DNA of 64,000 nucleotides, taken from contig CAVQQD010000003.1 in assembly GCA_963714975.1 (NCBI GenBank), positions 96,001-160,000 on the forward strand. Direction: 5' to 3'. Of this stretch, positions 1-9,700 are shown piece by piece. Position 1 is the stretch's first letter, and each line of letters starts with the position of its first letter. This DNA comes from an uncultured Gammaproteobacteria bacterium (GTDB taxonomy: Bacteria > Pseudomonadota > Gammaproteobacteria > JAURND01). A program made the translations under genes and the position numbers. Below the pieces are notes generated by a model. That model was not told the origin of the DNA. It saw only the letters and a program-made list of their open reading frames with translations, and ran no database searches.

Positions 1-3000
1 ATCCGTGTTAATTCTGCCACCGCATAGTTCATATTCAATGCGGGCCAATTGGGTAAAACCTAAATTCCCGCCTTCGGCCACCACTAAGCAATTTAATTCA
101 TCAGCATTTACTCGAATCGCATCATTCGTTCTATCGCCAACGTCACCATGTGATTCTTTGCTTGCTTTAACAAAGGTACCAATTCCACCATTCCATAACA
201 AATCCACAGGAGCGGTTAATAAAGCTTGAATGAGTTCATTGGGTGATAATTGATCTTTTTTAATATCTAAACGCGTTTTAATTTCAGGTGACAGTTTGAT
301 GGATTTAAGCGTGCGAGCGAAAACACCGCCGCCAGTTGAAATAAATTCAAGACTATAATCTTCCCAGGTGGATCGAGGTAAGCTGAACAGACGATTACGT
401 TCTGCAAAACTGATGGTGGGATCGGGGTCTGGATCGAGAAAAATATGCACGTTATTAAAAGCGGCAATCAATTTGATTTGCTTAGATTGTAATAGGCCAT
501 TACCAAATACATCGCCTGCCATGTCTCCGATGCCAATGACGGTAAAGGGGTGTTCGTTAATGTCTTTCCCAAGATCTTGAAAGTGTTGTTTCACCGACTC
601 CCAAGCGCCTCGCGCCGTAATGCCGATTTTTTTATGATCGTAGCCAGTAGATCCACCGGAAGCAAAAGCATCGCCTAACCAAAAATGATATTCCTTGGAA
701 ATAGCATTGGCGATATCTGAAAAGGAGGCTGTTCCTTTGTCGGCTGCTACCACGAGATAAGGATCAGGTGGGTCGTGACATACTGTATCTGCAGGAGCAA
801 TCACTTTTTTGTCGAGTAAATTATCGGTTAAATCTAATAAACCACGCATGAAATTTTGATAGCAGCAAATGCCAATGCTTAATAAAGTTTCTCGATTACA
901 ATCCGCTGGTACGAGCTTAGTAACAAATCCGCCTTTGGCGCCGGCAGGAACAATGATGGCATTTTTGACTTGTTGTGCCTTCATTAACCCTAGCACTTCA
1001 CGACGGAAATCTTCGCGCCGATCGGACCAACGAATTCCTCCGCGAGCCACGTTATTAGCACGCAAGTGCAATCCTTCAAATTCATGCGAGTAAACGAAAA
1101 TTTCATGCTCAGGATGAGGAAATGGTAAATTATGAATGAGTTGTGGATTAAATTTAAAGGCGAGGTAAGGTTTGTAATGAGCCGTCCCGACGGCTTGCTG
1201 AAAATAATTAGTGCGTACAGTGGCCTGAATTAAATTCCAAAACATGCGTAAAATGCGGTCTTGATCTAAGTTAGCTACATTATCTAAGGATTTGCTAAAA
1301 TTATTTTCCAACTCTGACAGCTGCGTCTCTTGACCCTTGCCAGCAAGTGCCGGATCAAAGCGAGCATAGAAAAGTTGGATCAGCAAATTCGCAACTTTGG
1401 AATTACCAGCGATGGCTTGCTCCATATAGTCTTGGCTAAAAGTGGATTCAATTTGTTTTAAATATTTTGCATAAGCGCGTAATACGGTGATTTTCCGCCA
1501 ATGCAAGTTAGCGCTAATGACCAAGGCGTTGAATCCATCATCTTCTGATTCACCATACCAAATTTTTTTAAATGCTTCTTGTAAGTGTTCCCGGTTTTGG
1601 CTGAGCTCAAAGACACTATATCCAGGAAGTTGCATCAGAAAATCATTAATCCAAATAGTTTTTTGGTTTCTAGGATTAATTTGAAACGGTTGTTCACCGA
1701 TCACCCGCAAGCCCATGGTTTCTAAAATCGGAATGACATCCGACAACGGTACGGTTTCCTTAAGATGAAATAATTTCATGCGAACCATAGTTCCAGGCAA
1801 GCTGGCACTACGATATAGATTCATTTCTAAATTATTTTTTTCCGACAGACGCTCCATATGTGCAATGTCTGAAACGGCTTCTTGTGAGGAATAAACTTCT
1901 TTATAACTAGCAGGAAACGCGTAACTATAAATAATAGCTAAAGAATTGCCTCGTTCTTCACCAAACGTATAAGTAAGGTATTCATGCAGCAAGTCTTTCC
2001 AGGAAAGTGCTACTTGAATTAATTTATTTTCGATCTCTTTGAGGTTATAGATATGCAGCGTTTTAGGATCGATACGAATGGTAAAGTGAATGCGTGCTAA
2101 AATGGCATCAAAAAAATGCGTGCTGTAAGAGATTTCTAACCCATAAAAAGAGGCCAATAAAATCTCTTGCATGTGGGAACATAGTTCCATACTAAAGTCG
2201 TCACGCGGTACGTAAACTAAACAAGAAATAAATCGCCCAAAAACATCTTTACGGGCGAATAAGCGCACGCAGCGTCGATCTTGTAATTGCAAAATTCCCA
2301 TGCCTAGGGCAGATAATTCATCGAAGTTAGCATGAAACAAATCATCTCTGGGTAAACTTTCTAAGATGTGAGTTAAGGTTTTATAGGCATGGCCATTTTC
2401 GGGCAGCCCTGAGCGCTTTAAGACAGCACTGACCTTGAGTCTAACTAACGGGATGGTTCGCGGACTTTCCGTATAGACCGAACTGGTATAAAGGCCGACG
2501 AACCAGCGCTCGCCGACAATCGCCCCTTGTTTGTTGAAACGTTTAACACTCACAAAATCGGTATAACGTCGGCCATGGACCGTGGATAAGGTGTTAGTTT
2601 TAGCTAATTCAATTAGTTGGCTAGATTCTGCCAATTTGCGTGCTTCGAGGGGCAAGTCGGCATAGTAACGAATTGTTTTACTTTTGGGCGTGGTGCTCAG
2701 CACCCCTAGGCCACTATCGGGAATAATTTTTAGGCCTTTCTTTTCCCCTTGGCCGACAGTGGAATAGGCACGAAACCCAAGGAAAGTGAAATGATTATCC
2801 AGTAACCAGTAGAGAAAATTTTTAGATTCTACGATTTCATCTTGCGAAGTGGGCGGAGGATTTTTTTCTATATCCGCCAAAGTTTGATGAACTTCGGATT
2901 GCATTTTTTTCCAATCTTTGACCACTATTTGGGCGTCATTTAATACCGCATCCAGATCATGGCCTAGTTTTTCGAGTACGGCAGGATTAGTTTGCTTGTC

Positions 3001-3486
3001 GATTTCAATGTAAATAGGCGCTTCTGAAATGGCTTTGGGATGAGAAGATTCAAATGATAATACTTTGGTAATTGTACCGGCAGCATTGCGCAGTAGTTTT
3101 AATCCGCCTAAGTGGACCATAAAGTGTACGGTTAATCCTTGGCGATTGATTTCAGTGGTGAGCGTGTCGACTAAAAAAGGTTGATCGTTGAGAATATATT
3201 GGATCACGGTGTGGCTGGTTTCCCAGCCATCGGTGGCTAACGTAGGATTGAAGATTCTGCACTTGCGCTCCCCGGGTTGTCTTTGATACATGAGCTCCCA
3301 ATGAGAAAGAATGGCGCCAAATAAGGTTTTGATCGGCCGAGTAATGACGTCATCAAGTGAAGTGTAGGCATAATATTGCTCGATGAAAGGTGTCAGCAGT
3401 GCTAGCTGCTTGGGTGAGAGGCCCTTTTTAGCAGAATCAAGGAGCTGTTGTAGGATTTTCGGGTGTGCGCTATCAATGTTTATCAT
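1..3486 (-). CDS. gdhB: Large NAD-specific glutamate dehydrogenase; 3' end runs off the window start
   Basis: Spot-translated by hand. ATG at 3486 follows an AGAGGT RBS. Motifs in the same frame: ARGGIRWSDRREDFRREVLGLMKAQQVKNAIIVPAGAKGGF, DPYLVVAADKGTASFSD, WLGDAFASGGS and GGRINTD. Absent from the ORF track because no stop lies in the window. Confidence 0.95.
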   Translation of the reverse strand, partial: MINIDSAHPKILQQLLDSAKKGLSPKQLALLTPFIEQYYAYTSLDDVITRPIKTLFGAILSHWELMYQRQPGERKCRIFNPTLATDGWETSHTVIQYILNDQPFLVDTLTTEINRQGLTVHFMVHLGGLKLLRNAAGTITKVLSFESSHPKAISEAPIYIEIDKQTNPAVLEKLGHDLDAVLNDAQIVVKDWKKMQSEVHQTLADIEKNPPPTSQDEIVESKNFLYWLLDNHFTFLGFRAYSTVGQGEKKGLKIIPDSGLGVLSTTPKSKTIRYYADLPLEARKLAESSQLIELAKTNTLSTVHGRRYTDFVSVKRFNKQGAIVGERWFVGLYTSSVYTESPRTIPLVRLKVSAVLKRSGLPENGHAYKTLTHILESLPRDDLFHANFDELSALGMGILQLQDRRCVRLFARKDVFGRFISCLVYVPRDDFSMELCSHMQEILLASFYGLEISYSTHFFDAILARIHFTIRIDPKTLHIYNLKEIENKLIQVALSWKDLLHEYLTYTFGEERGNSLAIIYSYAFPASYKEVYSSQEAVSDIAHMERLSEKNNLEMNLYRSASLPGTMVRMKLFHLKETVPLSDVIPILETMGLRVIGEQPFQINPRNQKTIWINDFLMQLPGYSVFELSQNREHLQEAFKKIWYGESEDDGFNALVISANLHWRKITVLRAYAKYLKQIESTFSQDYMEQAIAGNSKVANLLIQLFYARFDPALAGKGQETQLSELENNFSKSLDNVANLDQDRILRMFWNLIQATVRTNYFQQAVGTAHYKPYLAFKFNPQLIHNLPFPHPEHEIFVYSHEFEGLHLRANNVARGGIRWSDRREDFRREVLGLMKAQQVKNAIIVPAGAKGGFVTKLVPADCNRETLLSIGICCYQNFMRGLLDLTDNLLDKKVIAPADTVCHDPPDPYLVVAADKGTASFSDIANAISKEYHFWLGDAFASGGSTGYDHKKIGITARGAWESVKQHFQDLGKDINEHPFTVIGIGDMAGDVFGNGLLQSKQIKLIAAFNNVHIFLDPDPDPTISFAERNRLFSLPRSTWEDYSLEFISTGGGVFARTLKSIKLSPEIKTRLDIKKDQLSPNELIQALLTAPVDLLWNGGIGTFVKASKESHGDVGDRTNDAIRVNADELNCLVVAEGGNLGFTQLARIEYELCGGRINTD

Positions 3487-3599
3487 AGAGTCGACCTCTT
3501 TCCATGTTTGTCAGTAATGATTTCCTCATATTATGGCAAAGAATACCCTAAGTTTTGATGTTTTGCAGCCCCCTTTCTCCCCAAGCCTATCCGATGCAC

Positions 3600-4607
3600 C
3601 TAAATCCTCGCACATTCACCCACCAATGCTGGTCCCCCATAAATAAGACCGGTATAAAGTTGAACTAAGCTGGCTCCTGCTTGCAACATGGCCTGTGCAT
3701 CAGCAGCAGTCATAATGCCGCCGCAGGCAATAATAGGAATTTTCCCTTGCAATTGTTGATATAAGGTGCTGACTACCCAGTGCGATTTGCTGAACAAGGG
3801 CTTGCCGCTCAAACCTCCTGCTTGGTTGCCCTCATGCAGCTGCGCGACTCCCTGACGAGAAAGCGTGGTGTTGGTAGCAATAATGCCATCAATCTCGTGC
3901 TCAAGGCAAACCTGAGCGAGCTGGGTGAGCTCATTAGCATTAAGATCGGGCGATATTTTAATGACCAGGGGTACATATTTTTGCTGCTGGTTTGCTAGCT
4001 CAGCCCGTTTTTGTTGCAAAGCGATGATCAGTGCCTGCAATGCTTGCGCATGTTGGAGCTCGCGCAATTGCGGGGTGTTGGGTGAGGAAATATTAATGAC
4101 AACATAACTAGCAAGCGCATAAACTCGATCAAGACAGCAGAGATAATCGTCTAGCGCATTGTTAAGTGGGGTGTCGAAATTCTTACCGATATTGATGCCT
4201 AAAATGCCATGAAATTGAGCTTTTTGTACCCTGTCGACCAGATGATCTACCCCTAGGTTATTAAATCCCATGCGATTGATTAGCGCTTGGGCTTGGGGCA
4301 GACGAAATAAACGGGGCTGTGGATTGCCTGTTTGTGGACGAGGAGTCACCGTACCAATTTCAATAAAACCAAAGCCTAATGCGGCGAGAGCATTAATGTA
4401 GTCACCATTTTTGTCTAATCCTGCTGCCAGGCCAACCGGATTAGGGAAATCTAAGCCCATGATCTGTCGTCGCGCATTGGGAGTAGTGGGTACACGCTGT
4501 CGCCAGCCGCAGCGCTGGGCTAACGCCAGGGATTGCAGTGTCCAGTGATGTGCCGTTTCTGGATTGAGTTGAAATAATAGTGGGCGAAGTAATGAGTAAA
4601 AAGCCAT
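3600..4607 (-). CDS. pyrD: Quinone-dependent dihydroorotate dehydrogenase
   Basis: Motifs NPVGLAAGLDKNG, EIGTVTPRPQ, NRMGFNN, NISSPNTP and GGLSG. Start trimmed to MAFYSLL because the upstream extension is REP sequence. Confidence 0.95.
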   Translation of the reverse strand: MAFYSLLRPLLFQLNPETAHHWTLQSLALAQRCGWRQRVPTTPNARRQIMGLDFPNPVGLAAGLDKNGDYINALAALGFGFIEIGTVTPRPQTGNPQPRLFRLPQAQALINRMGFNNLGVDHLVDRVQKAQFHGILGINIGKNFDTPLNNALDDYLCCLDRVYALASYVVINISSPNTPQLRELQHAQALQALIIALQQKRAELANQQQKYVPLVIKISPDLNANELTQLAQVCLEHEIDGIIATNTTLSRQGVAQLHEGNQAGGLSGKPLFSKSHWVVSTLYQQLQGKIPIIACGGIMTAADAQAMLQAGASLVQLYTGLIYGGPALVGECARI

Positions 4608-4608
4608 T

Positions 4609-5553
4609 TCAATCACCATCATCCGGCCTTCGGCCACCTTCTCCCGCAAGCGGGAGAAGGGATTCATAAGTTAATAAAAACACCCCTTGGCCACCTGTTT
4701 TTAATTCAAGCCAGAGAAAATTTAGTTCAGGAAAACCAGCTTCTAAAGCGGTGGCGCTTACTCCTACCTCGACCAGCAAAATCCCCTGGGGTGTGAGGTA
4801 TTGGGCTGCCTCAGCCAGTATTCGCCTCACCACATCGAGACCGTCTTCACCTGCCGCCAAAGCTAAGCCTGGTTCGTGCTGATATTCTGCGGGGAGTTGT
4901 GCCATTTCTGCTGCGCTGACATAGGGGGGATTACTAATAATCAAGTCATAACGCTGGGTGGGAAGCTGGGTGAAAAGGTCGGATTCAATTAAATGGACGG
5001 AATGTTCCAGTTGGTAATGAGCTACATTTTTTCTTGCTACCGCTAGCGCTTCAGGCGAAATATCGACAGCAGCCACTTCGGCCTGCGGAAAGGCCAAAGC
5101 ACAAGCAATCGCAATACAAGCACTTCCGGTGCAAAGATCTAAGATATGACTGATCGAAGCTTCCTCGAGCCAGGGGGTAAAACCTTGGGCAATTAATTCG
5201 GCAATGGGCGAGCGGGGAATAATCACGCGTGAGTCGACATAAAAAGGCAAGCCAGCAAACCAGGCTTCATGAGTTAAATAAGCCGCTGGGATATGCTCCT
5301 GAATTCTGCGCTGAAACAACTCGGCAATTTCCTGGCGTTCGCTCGAGAGCAGGCGTACATCGGCAATTTTGTTATCTTCTTCTGGCGATAAATGTAGCAC
5401 ATGGCGGGCCAAGCACAGGGCTTCGTCCCAAGCATTGTCATTGCCATGACCAAAACAAAGCTGAGCGGCATTAAATTCACTTGCCCCCCAACGGACTAGG
5501 TCCCGTAAGGTTCTCAGCTCATGAACCGCCAATTTAAGTGTGCTAGACTTCAT
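4609..5553 (-). CDS. prmB: Ribosomal protein L3 N5-glutamine methyltransferase
   Basis: FGHGNDNAWDEA, VIIPRSPIAELI, LDLCTGSACIA and SNPPY. Confidence 0.93.
   Translation of the reverse strand: MKSSTLKLAVHELRTLRDLVRWGASEFNAAQLCFGHGNDNAWDEALCLARHVLHLSPEEDNKIADVRLLSSERQEIAELFQRRIQEHIPAAYLTHEAWFAGLPFYVDSRVIIPRSPIAELIAQGFTPWLEEASISHILDLCTGSACIAIACALAFPQAEVAAVDISPEALAVARKNVAHYQLEHSVHLIESDLFTQLPTQRYDLIISNPPYVSAAEMAQLPAEYQHEPGLALAAGEDGLDVVRRILAEAAQYLTPQGILLVEVGVSATALEAGFPELNFLWLELKTGGQGVFLLTYESLLPLAGEGGRRPDDGD
4620..4662. repeat. REP-like palindrome, family A, inside the prmB 3' end
   Basis: CATCCGGCCTTCGGCCACCTTCTCCCGCAAGCGGGAGAAGG matches about a dozen other copies in the window. Confidence 0.85.
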
Positions 5554-5574
5554 GATTGAATCCTCGATTTCGAT

Positions 5575-5657
5575 CCCTTCTCCCGCTTGCGGGAGAAGGT
5601 GGCTGCAGGGCTTCCTCGCGATCCCCGGGAGCAGGTGGCCGCAGGCCGGATGAGGGA
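5575..5657. repeat. REP-like palindrome, family A, interrupted copy
   Basis: CCTTCTCCCGCTTGCGGGAGAAGG...GGCCGCAGGCCGGATGAGGG. Confidence 0.8.
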
Positions 5658-5703
5658 TTCTTTAATTAGCTTTCAGCAAGCAAGAGTGTAGAGAGAGAGC
5701 CGT

Positions 5704-6249
5704 ATGCATTCCACCATTACTGAAGAAGAACATAAATTATTCCAGGCCGAGATGCATAAGCAAGGGGTAGTATCCATCCACCAGCAATCCCCTCCCCCCC
5801 CAAAACCCGCAAAAATCACCTCAACACCTCCGCCCAAGAGGCGAGCGATTCTAACACAACCGCAAACGCAAAGCTTCTCTCCGTTGCCCCAGGTGTCTTC
5901 GGAGGATTTTTTGGAATTCAGAAGGCCTGGGTTGCAAAATCGCGTCATGCAAAAACTACGCCGGGGCGATTTTCCGATGGAGGCGGTGTTAGATTTACAT
6001 GGCTATACCGTAATGCAAGCAGAACAAATGTTGGAACAATTTCTGCTCCACGCCAGAACCCATAGTTGGCACTCCGTATTGATTGTGCATGGCAAAGGCA
6101 AAACCACCCGAGGTGAAAGTACGCTGCCTATTTTAAAAAATCGTGTCAATCAATGGTTACGCGAAGACCCCAATGTGCTAGGTTTTTGCAGCGCCAAGCA
6201 AAGCCATGGCGGGGTCGGCGCTGTTTATGTATTATTACGGAAATCCTAA
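5704..6249 (+). CDS. Smr/MutS2-domain endonuclease (SmrA-like)
   Basis: KLRRG...LDLHGYT...LIVHGKG...HGGVGAVYVLL. Confidence 0.9.
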   Translation: MHSTITEEEHKLFQAEMHKQGVVSIHQQSPPPPKPAKITSTPPPKRRAILTQPQTQSFSPLPQVSSEDFLEFRRPGLQNRVMQKLRRGDFPMEAVLDLHGYTVMQAEQMLEQFLLHARTHSWHSVLIVHGKGKTTRGESTLPILKNRVNQWLREDPNVLGFCSAKQSHGGVGAVYVLLRKS

Positions 6250-6349
6250 ACAGGAAATTTTTCATACTCTGCAGGGAGAGGACAAAAATAATTTCCCACT
6301 TTGAAAAAGGGGGATTTAAAAAGATCAGGATATTAATGTTATTTTCGTT

Positions 6350-6526
6350 GTAACTTCACCACGGTTTTGCCTCTCCCCTTGTGGGAGAGGCCGCCGCGCC
6401 GTAAGGCGCGCGGGTGAGGGGTAAGCAGCAGTTAGCATTTAGCTAATAAAATACTCCTTGCTGGTTTCAAGCTTACCCCTCATCCGCCCTTTCGGGCACC
6501 TTCTCCCACAAGGGGAGAAGGATTTT
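6350..6526 (+). mobile_element. Composite MITE-like repeat (two family A REPs around a conserved spacer), partial copy
   Basis: Shares about 110 bp in inverted orientation with 13176-13311 and is similar to 29810-29928. Begins GTAACTTCACCA. Confidence 0.65.
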
Positions 6527-6555
6527 AGAGAATTTTCATACAAAAAGATCAATAT

Positions 6556-6583
6556 CCTAATAATTTCTTAAGAAAAGTATGGT
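6556..6583 (+). promoter_or_regulatory. Putative PmrA-type box plus -10 element upstream of the giant ORF
   Basis: CCTAA-TAATTT-CTTAA-N6-TATGGT resembles the Legionella/Coxiella cTTAA-N2-TT-N2-cTTAA consensus with two mismatches. Confidence 0.4.
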
Positions 6584-6702
6584 TAAATGGTACGCACTTA
6601 TTACTGAAATATAAACGTGCCCGATTGCGTGCCCGGACTTAAACGATGATGCACTTTGGTGCTGATGATTACATAAAATCCTAAACTACAGAGACTTAGC
6701 TT

Positions 6703-9700
6703 ATGGGAACCCAAACTACAGAAGTACAGTTAACGGAGTGGAAGAAACAACTTTCAGCACTCGAAAAAATGATAGATGCTGATGGCAATCTTCTTGATCC
6801 TGCTGCAGTTAATACTTTTAAAGAGCAAGGTAGAGCATTTCTCAATTTATGGACTGATTTAAATGGTCAATCAAAAGAATCAGAACAATTAATGCAAAAA
6901 GAGGGGGGGTGGGCCACACTTTCCATTTGCCGATATTGGGCTGAATATGTTAAGCATGAGTATGCAGGTGCAAATGACAAAGAACCGTGGAAACAAACTT
7001 GTGTATTCTTTAGGGATTGGTTTGAGTACGTAGGACATACCGATCAAAATGACCAAACATATCTTAAGGCAAAAGAAGCTGTAGATACTGCAACCGACGC
7101 AATGGGGCTCCCCAAATCAGAGAGTACAGTGTCAGAAACTACATCCTTTACTTCTCCCTCAAATTCATTACCCTTCGAGAAAAAAAATCTAACACATGAA
7201 GAATTTCCTGATCCTAACCAAGAAACGAAAAAAACCCGACCTAAAACCGTGCTTGAAGAGCTTGCAGCATTTAGTTTGCAGCTAGCAAAACTCGAAACAT
7301 TAGTTAATGAAAGGAAGTCTGTAGCAAATTTTGATCAAGTTTTTTCCGAGCAATGGGAAGTTTTTACCGCTGAATATCGCCAATGGCAGATGTCGCCTAG
7401 GGAGAAAGAGACACTCCTTGAGAGTAAGCCACAAAGAGAGGATCTGGAAAATAGGGCAAACAAAATCGCTCCGTTCTATTACCCGGCGCAACTGCAGGCT
7501 ATTCTCAAAGAATATAAAGAATATAAGGCAGAATATAAGAAGGCGCTGGAACAACAATCTCCCATTCCCACAGATTTTGTCGGACGCAAAACAGAATTAC
7601 AGGGCCGTTTTGCAGATATTCGTGGAGACCTTGACACTGTTGGCAAATCCTTAGGAAGACAATTTGATGCTCCTATGTATACTCCGGTGCGGAAACTATG
7701 TGAAAGCGTAGAAGTAACCCTGTTCTTAAACGATATAGACAGTCAAGGGCATTCTGTTAATGAAAGAAAAATTTATCATTCATTAACGCAAGAAGTGCAG
7801 ATTCTGGAAAATTTCATCGATAACCGAGGCAAGATACCCGAAGCGCAGCAATCAGAATTTATTCAGGGTGCTAAAACCTTTTTACCAAAAATAAATCTTT
7901 ATAGAAATTTATGGAATGATAAAGATCGCCCCCGTATTGTTAATGAATTAATTCATAGGGTACACACGATTCAACTGCATTATTACATGCTGTATATGAG
8001 GAATATTTCAGGCCCTCCAACAAACACCAACCCAGAGGGTCAAAAAGCATTGGAAGCTTTTAAGGAGTGTTGGAATCAATTAAGTCAGGAAGAGCGAAAT
8101 CAGTCTAAATATGAATCAGTCAGAAGTTTTATCTCACAAAGGCAGCTTTTCCCCCTTGAAGAAGTAAAAGTAACGGAGCAGAAGAAAGAAGTAGAAGAAG
8201 TAAAGGAGTGGAAGGTAGATGTTTCTGCCCAATCTGCCAATCCCCCTCTCAGTATTAATGCACTTAGGGACATTAATAAAAGCATCGAAGTACTTGAAGC
8301 AAAAGAAGCCTGGTCTAGCGAGGCTGGTTCCGCTTCAGGCGTTTTAAAGAAAGTAATCCCCACCCTAGGGTTTAGTACTCTTGCTATTCTTGCATTGATT
8401 GATCCCACTAAAACTAAAGGCACTGCCATTGGCTTGGGCACGAATTCGGTAAATTGGGTGCAAGAAAATCCCATGAATACGATGTTTTTTGCTGGAGTTC
8501 TTTTGCTTGGCCTATTGATTTATCGAAAATATAGCAAGTGGAATGAAAACTCAAATATTAAGAGTGCACAAAAGGAGATTGCGACAGAAGCTAGCTGGTT
8601 TAACCTACAAACCCCACTGCCTACATTAGCTGACACGCTGGGTGAGCTTTTGCAGCAAGATCACCAGGAAGCGAAGCTCAAGGAAGCGAAACAAGATCCT
8701 AGGGAAGCGACGCAATATACTAGGAAAGCAGGAGATATTGTAAGAGGGGCAGCGGAAAATGGAGTGGAATTGACGAAGGTTGTTTCGGTCATTCAATCAT
8801 TAGCTCTAAGACAAGGAGCTATTTTAGCAGCCCAGGCTTTGTTGCGTTTAAGTAAAGCTGCTGGAGATCCTGATAAGGGACTGGAGATAACGGCAGAAAT
8901 TCTGACTAACCTTGAATATCGCGATAAAACAAACTGGAGCATTCGTGATAACTTACGTCAGCTGGACCCTAAGCACTATGCCAAGATTCGGACAAAATGC
9001 ATCGACAAATTGCAGGCAGAAACAAGCTCCCAGCGCGTCTTTATTCCTGCGGAATTTGCCATACGTCGTGTTAAACCCTCCTACGATATTCCCCAATTAC
9101 TCGAACATGCCCACCCCTCGTTGCTACCTGAGGTGGTGAGGATTGTGGACCGCATTGATGGGGGATGGAGACAAGGTCCGTTTGATACCAATAGCCTTTA
9201 CGGCGCGCTTCATTTATATGAATTACAGGGTTCAAATCAAGCAATATTTAATGAGATCAATGCTCATTTAAGTGACCCACATAGAGCAGGTTCTGAAGCC
9301 TTGCAGCGCTTGATTCTAGGTTGCCCAGAGCAAGCGGCGCATTTGCTGGGAGTGGCCTTAGGTCATCAGCAACCCCAAAATCCTGCTCCTACCCTCTTGG
9401 ATAAAATCGCTGCCTGTTTGTTAGATGTGAGCACACGATCCGGTGTTAACGAGTCCGTGGCTAGATTATTACTGGTGCTGAGTGATAGCAATCCCGTATC
9501 GGTCACTACGTTTTTAACTGCGTGGGGTCCAAAAGGCGATTCAATTCGTGCCGCCATGCAGGTCCAAGACCCCGAAAGATCGCAGCGTATTGATCAAAGA
9601 GTAGAAGAAGCGACTGCAAAATTTCTAGCTACAGTAGCTCCCCAGGAAACTTTGGAAAATACTTTCAATTCTTTGATTCGCTCCAAAAAATCCGCAGAGC

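Noticed and set aside
5-1684. Short ORFs listed at the window start
   Set aside because: They are antisense or out-of-frame shadows of gdhB.
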